Positions 17,941 to 24,401 of a stretch of 24,513 nt of DNA are shown piece by piece. A program made the translations under genes and the position numbers. This DNA is from a virus: the UHGV virus genome UHGV-0864142; one strand, given 5' to 3'. Below the pieces are notes generated by a model. That model was not told the DNA's origin. It did not search any database and was given only the letters and a program-made list of their open reading frames with translations. How positions within the stretch are numbered: the stretch's first letter is position 1; every line of letters begins with the position of its first letter.

Positions 17941-18126
17941 TTATTTTTTATGCCTGTAACCCCATTCTTCCAGCAACCTTGCGGCGTACCACCCAAGAAA
18001 CAAAGGAAAGAACATTACAATGAGATATTCCCCGCCACGGTCAATGTTCGAAATTGACCAGATTACGATGTAACCAGTGCAGGACAGGAATATTACAAAC
18101 CCCAAAAAGCTACTTCGTCGACTCAT
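17941..18126 (-). CDS. Small membrane protein (61 aa, two hydrophobic segments)
   Basis: ATG 18126 with AAGGAG 5 nt upstream, directly after the stop of the 87-aa gene. Hydrophobic LGFVIFLSCTGYIVIW and LIVMFFPLFLGWYAA segments, basic C-terminus. Confidence 0.55.
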   Translation of the reverse strand: MSRRSSFLGFVIFLSCTGYIVIWSISNIDRGGEYLIVMFFPLFLGWYAARLLEEWGYRHKK

Positions 18127-18128
18127 GC

Positions 18129-18392
18129 TCACTCCTTCACTTTGATTCCAGCGGCGCGGATAGCCTCTACATCGCTTTCGTATTGCGATTCTGCACCTGA
18201 GTCATAGCCAATGTGATAATCACCGGGAAGTGGGCCTTTCTTTGGCTTTTGCAGCTCAATCTCGATAGCTGCTCGCGATGCCTGCCACGCTTGCCAATAC
18301 ATCTCAACCATATTGGCGTATATTTTATTTTTAGGATCACATCCGGTGTAATTTTCAAACCATTCTTCAAACTGCTTTCTTGATTCGTCCAT
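18129..18392 (-). CDS. Hypothetical protein (87 aa)
   Basis: ATG 18392 with GAGGGT SD. Soluble, aromatic-rich N-terminus (FEEWFENYTGCDP...MVEMYWQAWQ). Family not recognised. Confidence 0.6.
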   Translation of the reverse strand: MDESRKQFEEWFENYTGCDPKNKIYANMVEMYWQAWQASRAAIEIELQKPKKGPLPGDYHIGYDSGAESQYESDVEAIRAAGIKVKE

Positions 18393-18409
18393 CGATACTT
18401 ACCCTCAGT

Positions 18410-18616
18410 TCAACTCACAAAACGCCACGCCATTTTTGCTACAGCGACAGGCGCAACACCGATAATCACCCAGACAAATGCAGCGCCAAACAACGTATAC
18501 CATGGGTCTTTACCGTCATTCACAAGACGAATGTAGCTATGCAGAACAATAAAAAACGTCAGAAGAATCCATCCAACGCCAACGCATTTGAATGCGACGA
18601 GCATAAACTCAGCCAC
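18410..18616 (-). CDS. Small membrane protein (68 aa, or 64 aa from ATG 18604)
   Basis: GTG 18616 preceded by GGGGGAGAG SD. Two predicted TM segments (GVGWILLTFFIVL and LFGAAFVWVIIGVAPVAVA). Confidence 0.5.
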   Translation of the reverse strand: MAEFMLVAFKCVGVGWILLTFFIVLHSYIRLVNDGKDPWYTLFGAAFVWVIIGVAPVAVAKMAWRFVS

Positions 18617-18629
18617 GATTTACTCTCCC

Positions 18630-18664
18630 CCAAATAAAAAGGCCTGCGATTACCAGCAGGCCTG
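18630..18664 (-). terminator. Intrinsic terminator downstream of helicase gene (tR2-like position)
   Basis: Minus-strand AGGCCUGC-UGGUAAUC-GCAGGCCU (perfect 8-bp stem) followed by UUUUUAUUU. Confidence 0.6.
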
Positions 18665-18691
18665 TTATTAGCTCAGTGATGTAGATGGTCA

Positions 18692-20128
18692 TCAGAATCC
18701 TCCTTTCTTCTTGGACTGCGGTTCCTCGCGTTCACGGCGGCGCATTTCAGCAGACTGTTGGTCTGTGTCATAAATAGCGCCATTTGCCTGAATGCAATAC
18801 ACCGTGCCGGTATTGCCATGACGGTTGAGACGAAGGATTAGTTCGGTTTCACCAGGTGGAACACTGTCATCAAAAGCACCTTCCCGGTGGATCCCCACCC
18901 AATAATCGCAATCCTGTTCAATCTGCCCTGTATCGCGCGAGTCACTTGGTAATGGGCGTTTATTGGTTCGGCTTTCCAATGCGCGGTTAAGCTGTGTCAG
19001 AAGCACAACAACGCAATCAAGCTCTTTGGCAAGGTTCTTCAGTCCTTTGGTGATCATGCCGTAAGCAAGGTCATTGCGATCGGCCTTCTCAGCGGTCATT
19101 AGTGTCAGGTAATCGACCAGAATCATGCCAACACATCCTTTTTCTCGCTTGATTCGACGGCTTTCGCTGACGATTTGAGCCAGAGATAATCCCGGCGTGT
19201 CGTCGATGTAAAGCATGTCGATTTCACTCAAGCGATTAGCTGTTTCGATCGCCCTGTTGAAGTCACCATCGTAATCACCCTGATAGCCGTCATCAGCGTC
19301 ATTTGTCGCCGGAAGGTAAAAAATATTCGGGTTAACACCAGACTTCTGCCCTACCAGTTTTTCCAGTATCTGATCACCTGGCATTTCAAGGCTGAACATC
19401 AAAGCGGGCTTTTTCTCATACACTGCGCAATTGATTGCCATCTGGCTGTATAGCGTCGTTTTCCCCATCTTAGGGCGAGCGCCAATGACAAACAGAGAGC
19501 CTTTCACCAGACCTTTCGGTGACAGCATCCTGTCCAGCGATGGGATCCCTGTGCTCATTCCCCGTTGTTCGCCTGATGGGTCAAATCGCTTCTCAAGGTC
19601 GCTAACCCAGTCTTCCATGACCTCACCAAATGAACGAAGGCCGCGACGCGATCCGGTTTTTGCATGGTCTGTCAGTTGCGTGAAAATCGACTGAATAGCT
19701 TCGTACTTCTGCGTTGCAGTCATTCCGTTGCGGGAATAGAGCAATTCCGTCGCTTCAGTCATGCGGTTGATGGCGTAGCGTTCCATTGCGGTTTCACGAA
19801 CCTGCATTGCATAGGCAACGATGTTTGCTGCGCTTGGCGTGTTCTTTGCGATCTCAGCGATATAAGCAAAACCGCCAACAGACGCCGTTAACGATTTACG
19901 CTCCAGTTCATCGAAAAGCGTCAGGCCATCTACTGGCTTTTGCTCCCGGTGCATTCTGGTTATTTCTTCGAAAAGGATTTTGTGTGGTCGGCTGTAAAAT
20001 GAATCAGGCTTCAGCATCGCCAGAACTTTCTGGACGCGCTCACTGCTGTCATCATCCAGAAGCAATCCACCAATCACCGCCTGCTCTGCCTCGATGCTAT
20101 GGGGCGGCGCATAAAAATTATCGGTCAT
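18692..20128 (-). CDS. Replicative DNA helicase, DnaB family (P22 gene 12-like), 478 aa
   Basis: DnaB-type N-terminal domain (HSIEAEQAVIGGLLLD), Walker A GARPKMGKT and RecA-like core. ATG 20128 with GAGGGTG SD. The track start at 20143 is a GTG extension. Confidence 0.92.
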   Translation of the reverse strand: MTDNFYAPPHSIEAEQAVIGGLLLDDDSSERVQKVLAMLKPDSFYSRPHKILFEEITRMHREQKPVDGLTLFDELERKSLTASVGGFAYIAEIAKNTPSAANIVAYAMQVRETAMERYAINRMTEATELLYSRNGMTATQKYEAIQSIFTQLTDHAKTGSRRGLRSFGEVMEDWVSDLEKRFDPSGEQRGMSTGIPSLDRMLSPKGLVKGSLFVIGARPKMGKTTLYSQMAINCAVYEKKPALMFSLEMPGDQILEKLVGQKSGVNPNIFYLPATNDADDGYQGDYDGDFNRAIETANRLSEIDMLYIDDTPGLSLAQIVSESRRIKREKGCVGMILVDYLTLMTAEKADRNDLAYGMITKGLKNLAKELDCVVVLLTQLNRALESRTNKRPLPSDSRDTGQIEQDCDYWVGIHREGAFDDSVPPGETELILRLNRHGNTGTVYCIQANGAIYDTDQQSAEMRRREREEPQSKKKGGF

Positions 20129-21008
20129 CGTGTTCACCCTCACGAACTTTCAGGTAGGTATTGTCGTTAAGCAGGAAATCAAATCCCTTTTTGTGCCAGA
20201 CGGTTCCGCGCTGATGGTTTGGGCGCTCTTCGAACATCCATCGGCAATTTTCGCCTACGTAGCTCAAATAATTTCTCCAGTCCTGCATCGTGAAACCATG
20301 CCCGTCAAGCTGTCGGGTTATCACTCCGGCTTTGCGCCAGAACGTTCGGATCTGGTTTTTACGCTTGTCATTCAGTGCGCGGATTCTTGGCGCTTCAGGA
20401 AGGATTTCGTGGTAAGCATCGACAACATCCTGACAGCTGACGGAAGGTTTTTTCTTGTCAGACTTTTTGTCTGCTGTAGCACTCTCTAATACGTCAGTAT
20501 TAGAGATATTATTTATATTATTGTTTATGGACAACCGTTGGACAACCGTTGGACAATCTCCGCTGAGAGCCGCACCATTACTGGTGTTTGCGTTGGACAA
20601 CTGTTGGACAACCGTTGGACAATTTTTTGCCTGAAAATCGTCATATTTAACGATTGTAAACAGGCTAAATTTCTTCCCCATCGAGCAAATATTAAGCATC
20701 CCTTTCGACTCAAAAGTCCGTAATAAGCTCCGAACTTTGTTGTCAGGGATGAATGTTTCTCTGACCAGAGACGGGCGTCCAGTTATCATCTGACCGCGAT
20801 CAACAGTTATCGGACCGATATCCGTATTGACGACAGTAGATTCGTGATTAGCCTTGAGGATTAAGTGAAGCCAAAGATGTACTGCCTGAGAGTCCTTATA
20901 GAGCCTGCTGTCCATAAACTGGCGGTGTATAGAGACATACCCCATACTGGATGCCTCCTGATGTTGTACAGGGTTATGCCTGTAATCAGCTAACTTAACG
21001 ACGCCCAT
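20118..21008 (-). CDS. Replication initiator, lambda O / P22 gene 18-like (296 aa), with origin iterons inside the coding sequence
   Basis: Sits where lambdoid O sits (after cII, before the helicase). Iterons fall in its central linker. ATG 21008 with GGAG SD. Confidence 0.8.
   Translation of the reverse strand: MGVVKLADYRHNPVQHQEASSMGYVSIHRQFMDSRLYKDSQAVHLWLHLILKANHESTVVNTDIGPITVDRGQMITGRPSLVRETFIPDNKVRSLLRTFESKGMLNICSMGKKFSLFTIVKYDDFQAKNCPTVVQQLSNANTSNGAALSGDCPTVVQRLSINNNINNISNTDVLESATADKKSDKKKPSVSCQDVVDAYHEILPEAPRIRALNDKRKNQIRTFWRKAGVITRQLDGHGFTMQDWRNYLSYVGENCRWMFEERPNHQRGTVWHKKGFDFLLNDNTYLKVREGEHDDR
20529..20626. repeat. Replication origin iterons: six about 11-bp direct repeats (GGACAAC[C/T]GTT) in two triplets, flanked by an AT-rich stretch (about 20487-20528)
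   Basis: Read directly: GGACAACCGTTGGACAACCGTTGGACAA at 20529-20556 and GGACAACTGTTGGACAACCGTTGGACAA at 20595-20622. AT-rich region lies downstream relative to O transcription, as in lambda ori. Confidence 0.75.
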
Positions 21009-21156
21009 GTTTCACTCCTGCTTTGGCTAGTCTGTAAACACCAACAAGGCGCTCTGCGAACGCCCTGTTATTTGCTGCGGCTACCACTAATCCCTCAGGT
21101 GAATCAGGGTGTCGAATCTCTTCTTTTTCCTGGTATTTCTTACGACGTTTTGTCAT
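20995..21156 (-). CDS. Small basic hypothetical protein (53 aa) between cII and O
   Basis: Not in the supplied track. ATG 21156 with GGGAG 5 nt upstream; translates MTKRRKKYQEKEEIRHPDSPEGLVVAAANNRAFAERLVGVYRLAKAGVKHGRR. Overlaps the O start by 14 nt. Confidence 0.4.
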   Translation of the reverse strand: MTKRRKKYQEKEEIRHPDSPEGLVVAAANNRAFAERLVGVYRLAKAGVKHGRR

Positions 21157-21190
21157 AATTACTCCCGTGGATTGATCCAGTCTTTCTACA

Positions 21191-21469
21191 TTAGGCCTCG
21201 AAGAATTCGCCGTTCTTCGGGGCTTTTTCTTTTGTCAGCATTCTGGCTACTTTCTTAGCCAGTTCCGCCAACTCCTCGTCTTCAACACCCCATTCAAGAA
21301 CAGCCAGAAGCATTCCCATTTTTGGGATGAAGCTGTCTTTCCATCGCGAAATTTGCGATTCATTAATCCCTAACGCGTCGGCAACCTTTCGCTGACCACG
21401 TACAGCAATTCGATTCAGGATGTTGCTTGTAATTGCATTCGCTTTCTTGCGAGTACTTGTAAGTTGCAT
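21191..21469 (-). CDS. cII: CII-like transcriptional activator (92 aa)
   Basis: Resembles lambda CII as recalled (ILNRIA..G..K.A...G...SQISRWK...IPK..MLLAVLEWGV.D...A.LA..VA). Confidence 0.85.
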   Translation of the reverse strand: MQLTSTRKKANAITSNILNRIAVRGQRKVADALGINESQISRWKDSFIPKMGMLLAVLEWGVEDEELAELAKKVARMLTKEKAPKNGEFFEA

Positions 21470-21525
21470 ATGTAAGTATTTCCTTAACTAATAAGAAGTT
21501 ATGCGCATCAACTTATGCGCGTTGT

Positions 21526-21571
21526 ATTCCCGCATTTCGGCGGGAATGAGGACCATGACTGTTAAAGAGCG
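21526..21571 (-). promoter_or_regulatory. nutR: boxA (CGCUCUUUAACA) and boxB hairpin (AUUCCCGC-CGAAAU-GCGGGAAU)
   Basis: boxA-like element 8 nt after the cro stop, with a hairpin 12 nt further. The same boxA/boxB pair occurs upstream of N (nutL). Confidence 0.65.
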
Positions 21572-21577
21572 GTGTTA

Positions 21578-21772
21578 CTATTTGTTTTTCTTGTTGCTTG
21601 GGAAAGGACGAACTTCCTCTCCAATCACACTGCCATCAGGCTTTACCGTAACCATGATGTTACGGCCTGCCAGAATGGCCTTGCTGATAGCGCACTGGAT
21701 TACACCAAAGTCACTGGCTGCTTTAGCCTGTCCATGGATTTTGGCGTAATCGGCAAGTGTCATTCGAATCAT
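21578..21772 (-). CDS. cro: Cro repressor (64 aa)
   Basis: Resembles lambda Cro as recalled (ITL.DYA...GQ.K.A.D.GV.Q.AI.KAI.AGR.I......DGSV..EEV.PFPSNKK). ATG 21772 with GGAGAG SD; the track start is a GTG two codons upstream. Confidence 0.85.
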   Translation of the reverse strand: MIRMTLADYAKIHGQAKAASDFGVIQCAISKAILAGRNIMVTVKPDGSVIGEEVRPFPSNKKNK

Positions 21773-21801
21773 ATGCACTCTCCGTTATTAACCATGAACA
21801 A

Positions 21802-21872
21802 AGAATACTACAGGTATTCAAGGCAATCAATACTCAGGGTATTTTTAGTTTAAGTACCTTAGCTATTAGAAT
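21802..21872. promoter_or_regulatory. Right operator region: OR1/OR2/OR3 (AATAC-N5-GTATT) overlapping divergent promoters PR (cro) and PRM (cI)
   Basis: Perfect 15-bp palindromes at 21804-21818 and 21829-21843; degenerate third site at 21853-21867. PR (minus strand): -35 TTGATT, 17-nt spacer, -10 TATTCT. PRM: candidate -10 TAGAAT at 21867-21872, 6 nt before the cI ATG. Confidence 0.65.
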
Positions 21873-21878
21873 TAAGCT

Positions 21879-22595
21879 ATGGAAAATAAAAAATCACTGA
21901 CGACAGAACAGCTCGAAGACGCTAAGCGGCTTAAGGCTTTGTATGAGTCAAAAAAGAAAGAATTGGGAATAACCCAATACTCAATCGCTGATGAACTGGG
22001 TATCACCCAAGGAGCGGTAGGGCATTATCTTAATGGCAGAAATGCGCTAAACGTTGAGGTTGCATCTGGTTTTGCACGATTATTGCAAGTCTCAATTGCT
22101 GATTTTAGCCAGTCAATTGCTGCCAAGGTTGCAGAACAGGCAGAAAGCCTTAAGAGCGATGCCAACGTAAGGTATGCAGGGGAATACAGAGCAGGAAAGA
22201 GGTATCCGGTGTTAAGCAGTATCCAGGCTGGCTCGTGGTGTGAAGCATGCGAACCATACACCATTAAAGACATAGATGTTTGGCTTGAGTCTGACGCGCA
22301 TATTCAAGGTAATGCGTTTTGGCTTAAAGTGGAAGGTGATTCAATGACGGCACCGGTTGGGTTAAGCATTCCAGAGGGAACATTCGTTCTTTTCGATACC
22401 GGAAGGGAGGCGATCAACGGCAGCTTGGTCATAGCAAAACTTTCTGACTCTAACGAAGCAACATTCAAGAAGCTGATAATCGACGGCGGAAATAAATACC
22501 TCAAGGGACTTAACCCTGCATGGCCTCTCGTGCCAATCAATGGAAACTGCAAGATTATAGGCGTTGCAATTGAGACAAAACTAAGGCTGGTTTGA
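21879..22595 (+). CDS. cI: CI-type prophage repressor (HTH plus LexA-like S24 autopeptidase domain), 238 aa
   Basis: Ends resemble lambda CI as recalled (KK.LT.EQLEDA.RLKA.YE.KK.ELG; FWL.VEG.SMTAP; FKKLI.D). Ala-Gly cleavage site (SIQAGSW), catalytic Ser in GDSM and Lys in FKKL. Recognition helix region differs, implying distinct immunity. Confidence 0.92.
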   Translation: MENKKSLTTEQLEDAKRLKALYESKKKELGITQYSIADELGITQGAVGHYLNGRNALNVEVASGFARLLQVSIADFSQSIAAKVAEQAESLKSDANVRYAGEYRAGKRYPVLSSIQAGSWCEACEPYTIKDIDVWLESDAHIQGNAFWLKVEGDSMTAPVGLSIPEGTFVLFDTGREAINGSLVIAKLSDSNEATFKKLIIDGGNKYLKGLNPAWPLVPINGNCKIIGVAIETKLRLV

Positions 22596-22612
22596 TCACG
22601 CAAGGGGCGCTT

Positions 22613-22981
22613 ATGGTTGGAACCGCTATAGCAAGCTTTTTTGGGATGTTGGCAATCTCGACAATTTACGGCTTAGCGCATGCTTTTATTGCGAAATCTC
22701 TATCAGAAAAAATAAGCCAGGCTTGGGCGCATAGATCAGCTCGTTTCATGATTCTGGTGATCATGGCAATACAAGGGATATCTGCATTTTTCCTCTATGG
22801 ATCAAGCTTATACCTATTGTATCAAGGCGCGACATTTACGCCTTACACCAGTGATTACGGAACTCTATACGATGGTAGTGAAGACATCTCTATGGCTTGG
22901 ATTGTCTTTGGTTTATCTATGGCCGTGTCTGTTGTAGCAGACATCATTAAGGTAATTCTCGTCTTAACCTTCGCTGACTAA
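22613..22981 (+). CDS. Three-TM membrane protein (122 aa) in the rex position downstream of cI
   Basis: ATG 22613 with AAGGGG 5 nt upstream, 18 nt after the cI stop. Three long hydrophobic segments. No similarity to RexA/RexB that I recognise. Confidence 0.65.
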   Translation: MVGTAIASFFGMLAISTIYGLAHAFIAKSLSEKISQAWAHRSARFMILVIMAIQGISAFFLYGSSLYLLYQGATFTPYTSDYGTLYDGSEDISMAWIVFGLSMAVSVVADIIKVILVLTFAD

Positions 22982-23068
22982 CCCATAATCCCGGCAGCAA
23001 TAGCTATCGGGATCCACTTCACATATCCCGCATAAAAAGCACTGAACAAGCAGACACCGAAAAAAATA

Positions 23069-23155
23069 AATATCCTTTGTATTCATTTGCTTATCATTAT
23101 TTCACCAAAAATAAATACCTTGGGTATTTACACAATAAAATACCTACAGTATTCT
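23069..23155 (+). promoter_or_regulatory. Left operator region OL with promoter PL (-35 TTTACA 23127-23132, -10 TATTCT 23150-23155)
   Basis: Perfect AATAC-N5-GTATT sites at 23114-23128 and 23139-23153, same half-sites as OR. Weaker third site AATAT-N5-GTATT at 23069-23083. Promoter hexamers overlap the operators. Confidence 0.6.
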
Positions 23156-23200
23156 TTAGCCATCAGCAGGACGCTGGTAGCCAAACGGAACAGATTGGCA

Positions 23201-23242
23201 GGCTCTTTAACATTGATGGGATTGTCCCGCCGAAATGCGGGA
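23201..23242 (+). promoter_or_regulatory. nutL: boxA (GGCTCTTTAACA) and boxB hairpin (UCCCGC-CGAAAU-GCGGGA)
   Basis: Same boxA core and identical boxB loop/stem as nutR, with the same 12-nt boxA-boxB spacing. Lies between PL and N. Confidence 0.65.
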
Positions 23243-23349
23243 ACCAAAGAGTAGTTGGCTTTGGGGTGACGTGAAGTGCAGCTGCACGACGGCAACCGGA
23301 AGATAAGCACCCGGCGCGTCACCGCCAAAGTCAATCATCGGAGGTCAAC

Positions 23350-23649
23350 ATGACAGTAGTCATTACATATCTGGCTGACGATAACGCCAGAAATCGCCGC
23401 AGAGCACGCAGACAGGCTCAACGTGAACAGGCAATGCAAGAGCAGCGACTGGCGCGAAAAATTGCGCTAAAGCTCTCTGGTTGCGTCAGAGCAGACAAAG
23501 CAGCATCACTCGGAAGCCTTCGCTGCAAGAAGGCAGAAGAAGTCGAGCGTAAACAGAACCGTATTTACTACCGCAAGCCACGCAGTGAAATGGGGGTGAC
23601 TTGTGTTGGTCGCCAGAAAATGAAATTAGGCAGCAAACCACTTATTTGA
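23350..23649 (+). CDS. N: N-type transcription antiterminator (99 aa)
   Basis: Arg-rich N-terminal motif (NARNRRRARRQAQREQ). C-terminal ...RKQNRIYYRKPRSEMGVTCVGRQKMKLGSKPLI resembles the lambda N C-terminus (...RKNQRTWYSKPGERGITCSGRQKIKGKSIPLI) as recalled. GGAGG SD. Confidence 0.85.
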   Translation: MTVVITYLADDNARNRRRARRQAQREQAMQEQRLARKIALKLSGCVRADKAASLGSLRCKKAEEVERKQNRIYYRKPRSEMGVTCVGRQKMKLGSKPLI

Positions 23650-23657
23650 GGTGAGAT

Positions 23658-23744
23658 ATGGAAGAAGAATTTGAAGAGTTCGAAGAGCATCCTCAGGATG
23701 TGATGGAACAATACCAGGACTATCCGTATGACTACGACTATTGA
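23658..23744 (+). CDS. Very acidic, aromatic-rich micro-ORF (28 aa) directly after N
   Basis: Not in the supplied track. GAGGTGAGA SD then ATG 23658; translates MEEEFEEFEEHPQDVMEQYQDYPYDYDY. Stop overlaps the next ORF by 17 nt. Confidence 0.35.
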   Translation: MEEEFEEFEEHPQDVMEQYQDYPYDYDY

Positions 23745-23928
23745 TAAAAATCAATGGTGTGGACAATTCAAGCGATGCAATGGATGCAAGCTGCAATCGG
23801 AATGCATGGTTAAGCCTGAAGAAATGTTTCCTGTAATGGAAGATGGGAAATATGTCGATAAATGGGCAATACGAACGACGGCAATGATTGCCAGAGAACT
23901 TGGTAAACAGAATAACAAGGCTGCCTGA
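23728..23928 (+). CDS. Small Cys-rich protein (66 aa), possible zinc ribbon
   Basis: ATG 23728; cysteines C11, C17, C20, C26 (WCGQFKRCNGCKLQSEC). Family not recognised. Confidence 0.5.
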   Translation: MTTTIDKNQWCGQFKRCNGCKLQSECMVKPEEMFPVMEDGKYVDKWAIRTTAMIARELGKQNNKAA

Positions 23929-23968
23929 CGGTGGCCTTTATTTTTGGCATAAACAATATGGGGTAAAA

Positions 23969-24295
23969 ATGAAAGTTTTAATGGTTTATGAAAATGTTCC
24001 AGAGTCGACTGAAATCTATATTTTTGATGCCAATGAAGATGAAGTTAACGATTTGAAATTGTCTCACGGCAATTACACAAATGCTAATTGTGATGAAAGT
24101 ATCGAAAAAGCACTATCACGTGTTCTTGTCAGAATTAGTGATCCAGAACATTGTGATGATGATTGGCTTTCTTATTGTGGAGCGGTAAAAACTGATGCAG
24201 GAAAATGGAGTAAAAGTAAAGTTGATAACTCAACTCCAATCATTATGAAAGATAGCGATATTGAAATGGTAATAATAACCGGAATGATTATGTAG
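23969..24295 (+). CDS. Hypothetical acidic protein (108 aa) in an AT-rich segment
   Basis: ATG 23969 with GGGG 5 nt upstream; the track ORF starts earlier at a TTG. The region looks AT-rich by eye compared with the rest of the prophage. Confidence 0.55.
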   Translation: MKVLMVYENVPESTEIYIFDANEDEVNDLKLSHGNYTNANCDESIEKALSRVLVRISDPEHCDDDWLSYCGAVKTDAGKWSKSKVDNSTPIIMKDSDIEMVIITGMIM

Positions 24296-24401
24296 GCTGC
24301 GAATAAGCACTGTGTATTCATTCCAACGAGTGAATACACGGAGCAATGTCGCTCGTAACTAAACAGGAGCCGACTTGTTCTGATTATTGGAAATCTTCTT
24401 T

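Noticed and set aside
18692-20143. Helicase start at 20143
   Set aside because: That codon is GTG with no SD. ATG at 20128 has GAGGGTG seven nt upstream and gives a typical DnaB N-terminus.
20529-20626. Direct repeats as a possible CRISPR array or mobile-element terminal repeats
   Set aside because: Repeats are 11 bp, contiguous or nearly so, and lie inside the initiator gene beside an AT-rich block. This is the signature of lambdoid origin iterons, not CRISPR repeat-spacer units.
21430-21520. cII-dependent PRE-type promoter (TTGC-N6-TTGC) near the cII start
   Set aside because: I saw TTGC and TTGT motifs and a repeated TTATGCGC (21499-21518), but not a clean TTGC-N6-TTGC at a sensible distance from a -10 on the plus strand. 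Too uncertain to call.
22982-23068. Weak inverted repeat ATCCCG-N14-CGGGAT after the membrane gene as a tImm-like terminator
   Set aside because: Long loop and no downstream T-tract. Could still be a Rho-dependent or weak terminator but is not supported by sequence alone.
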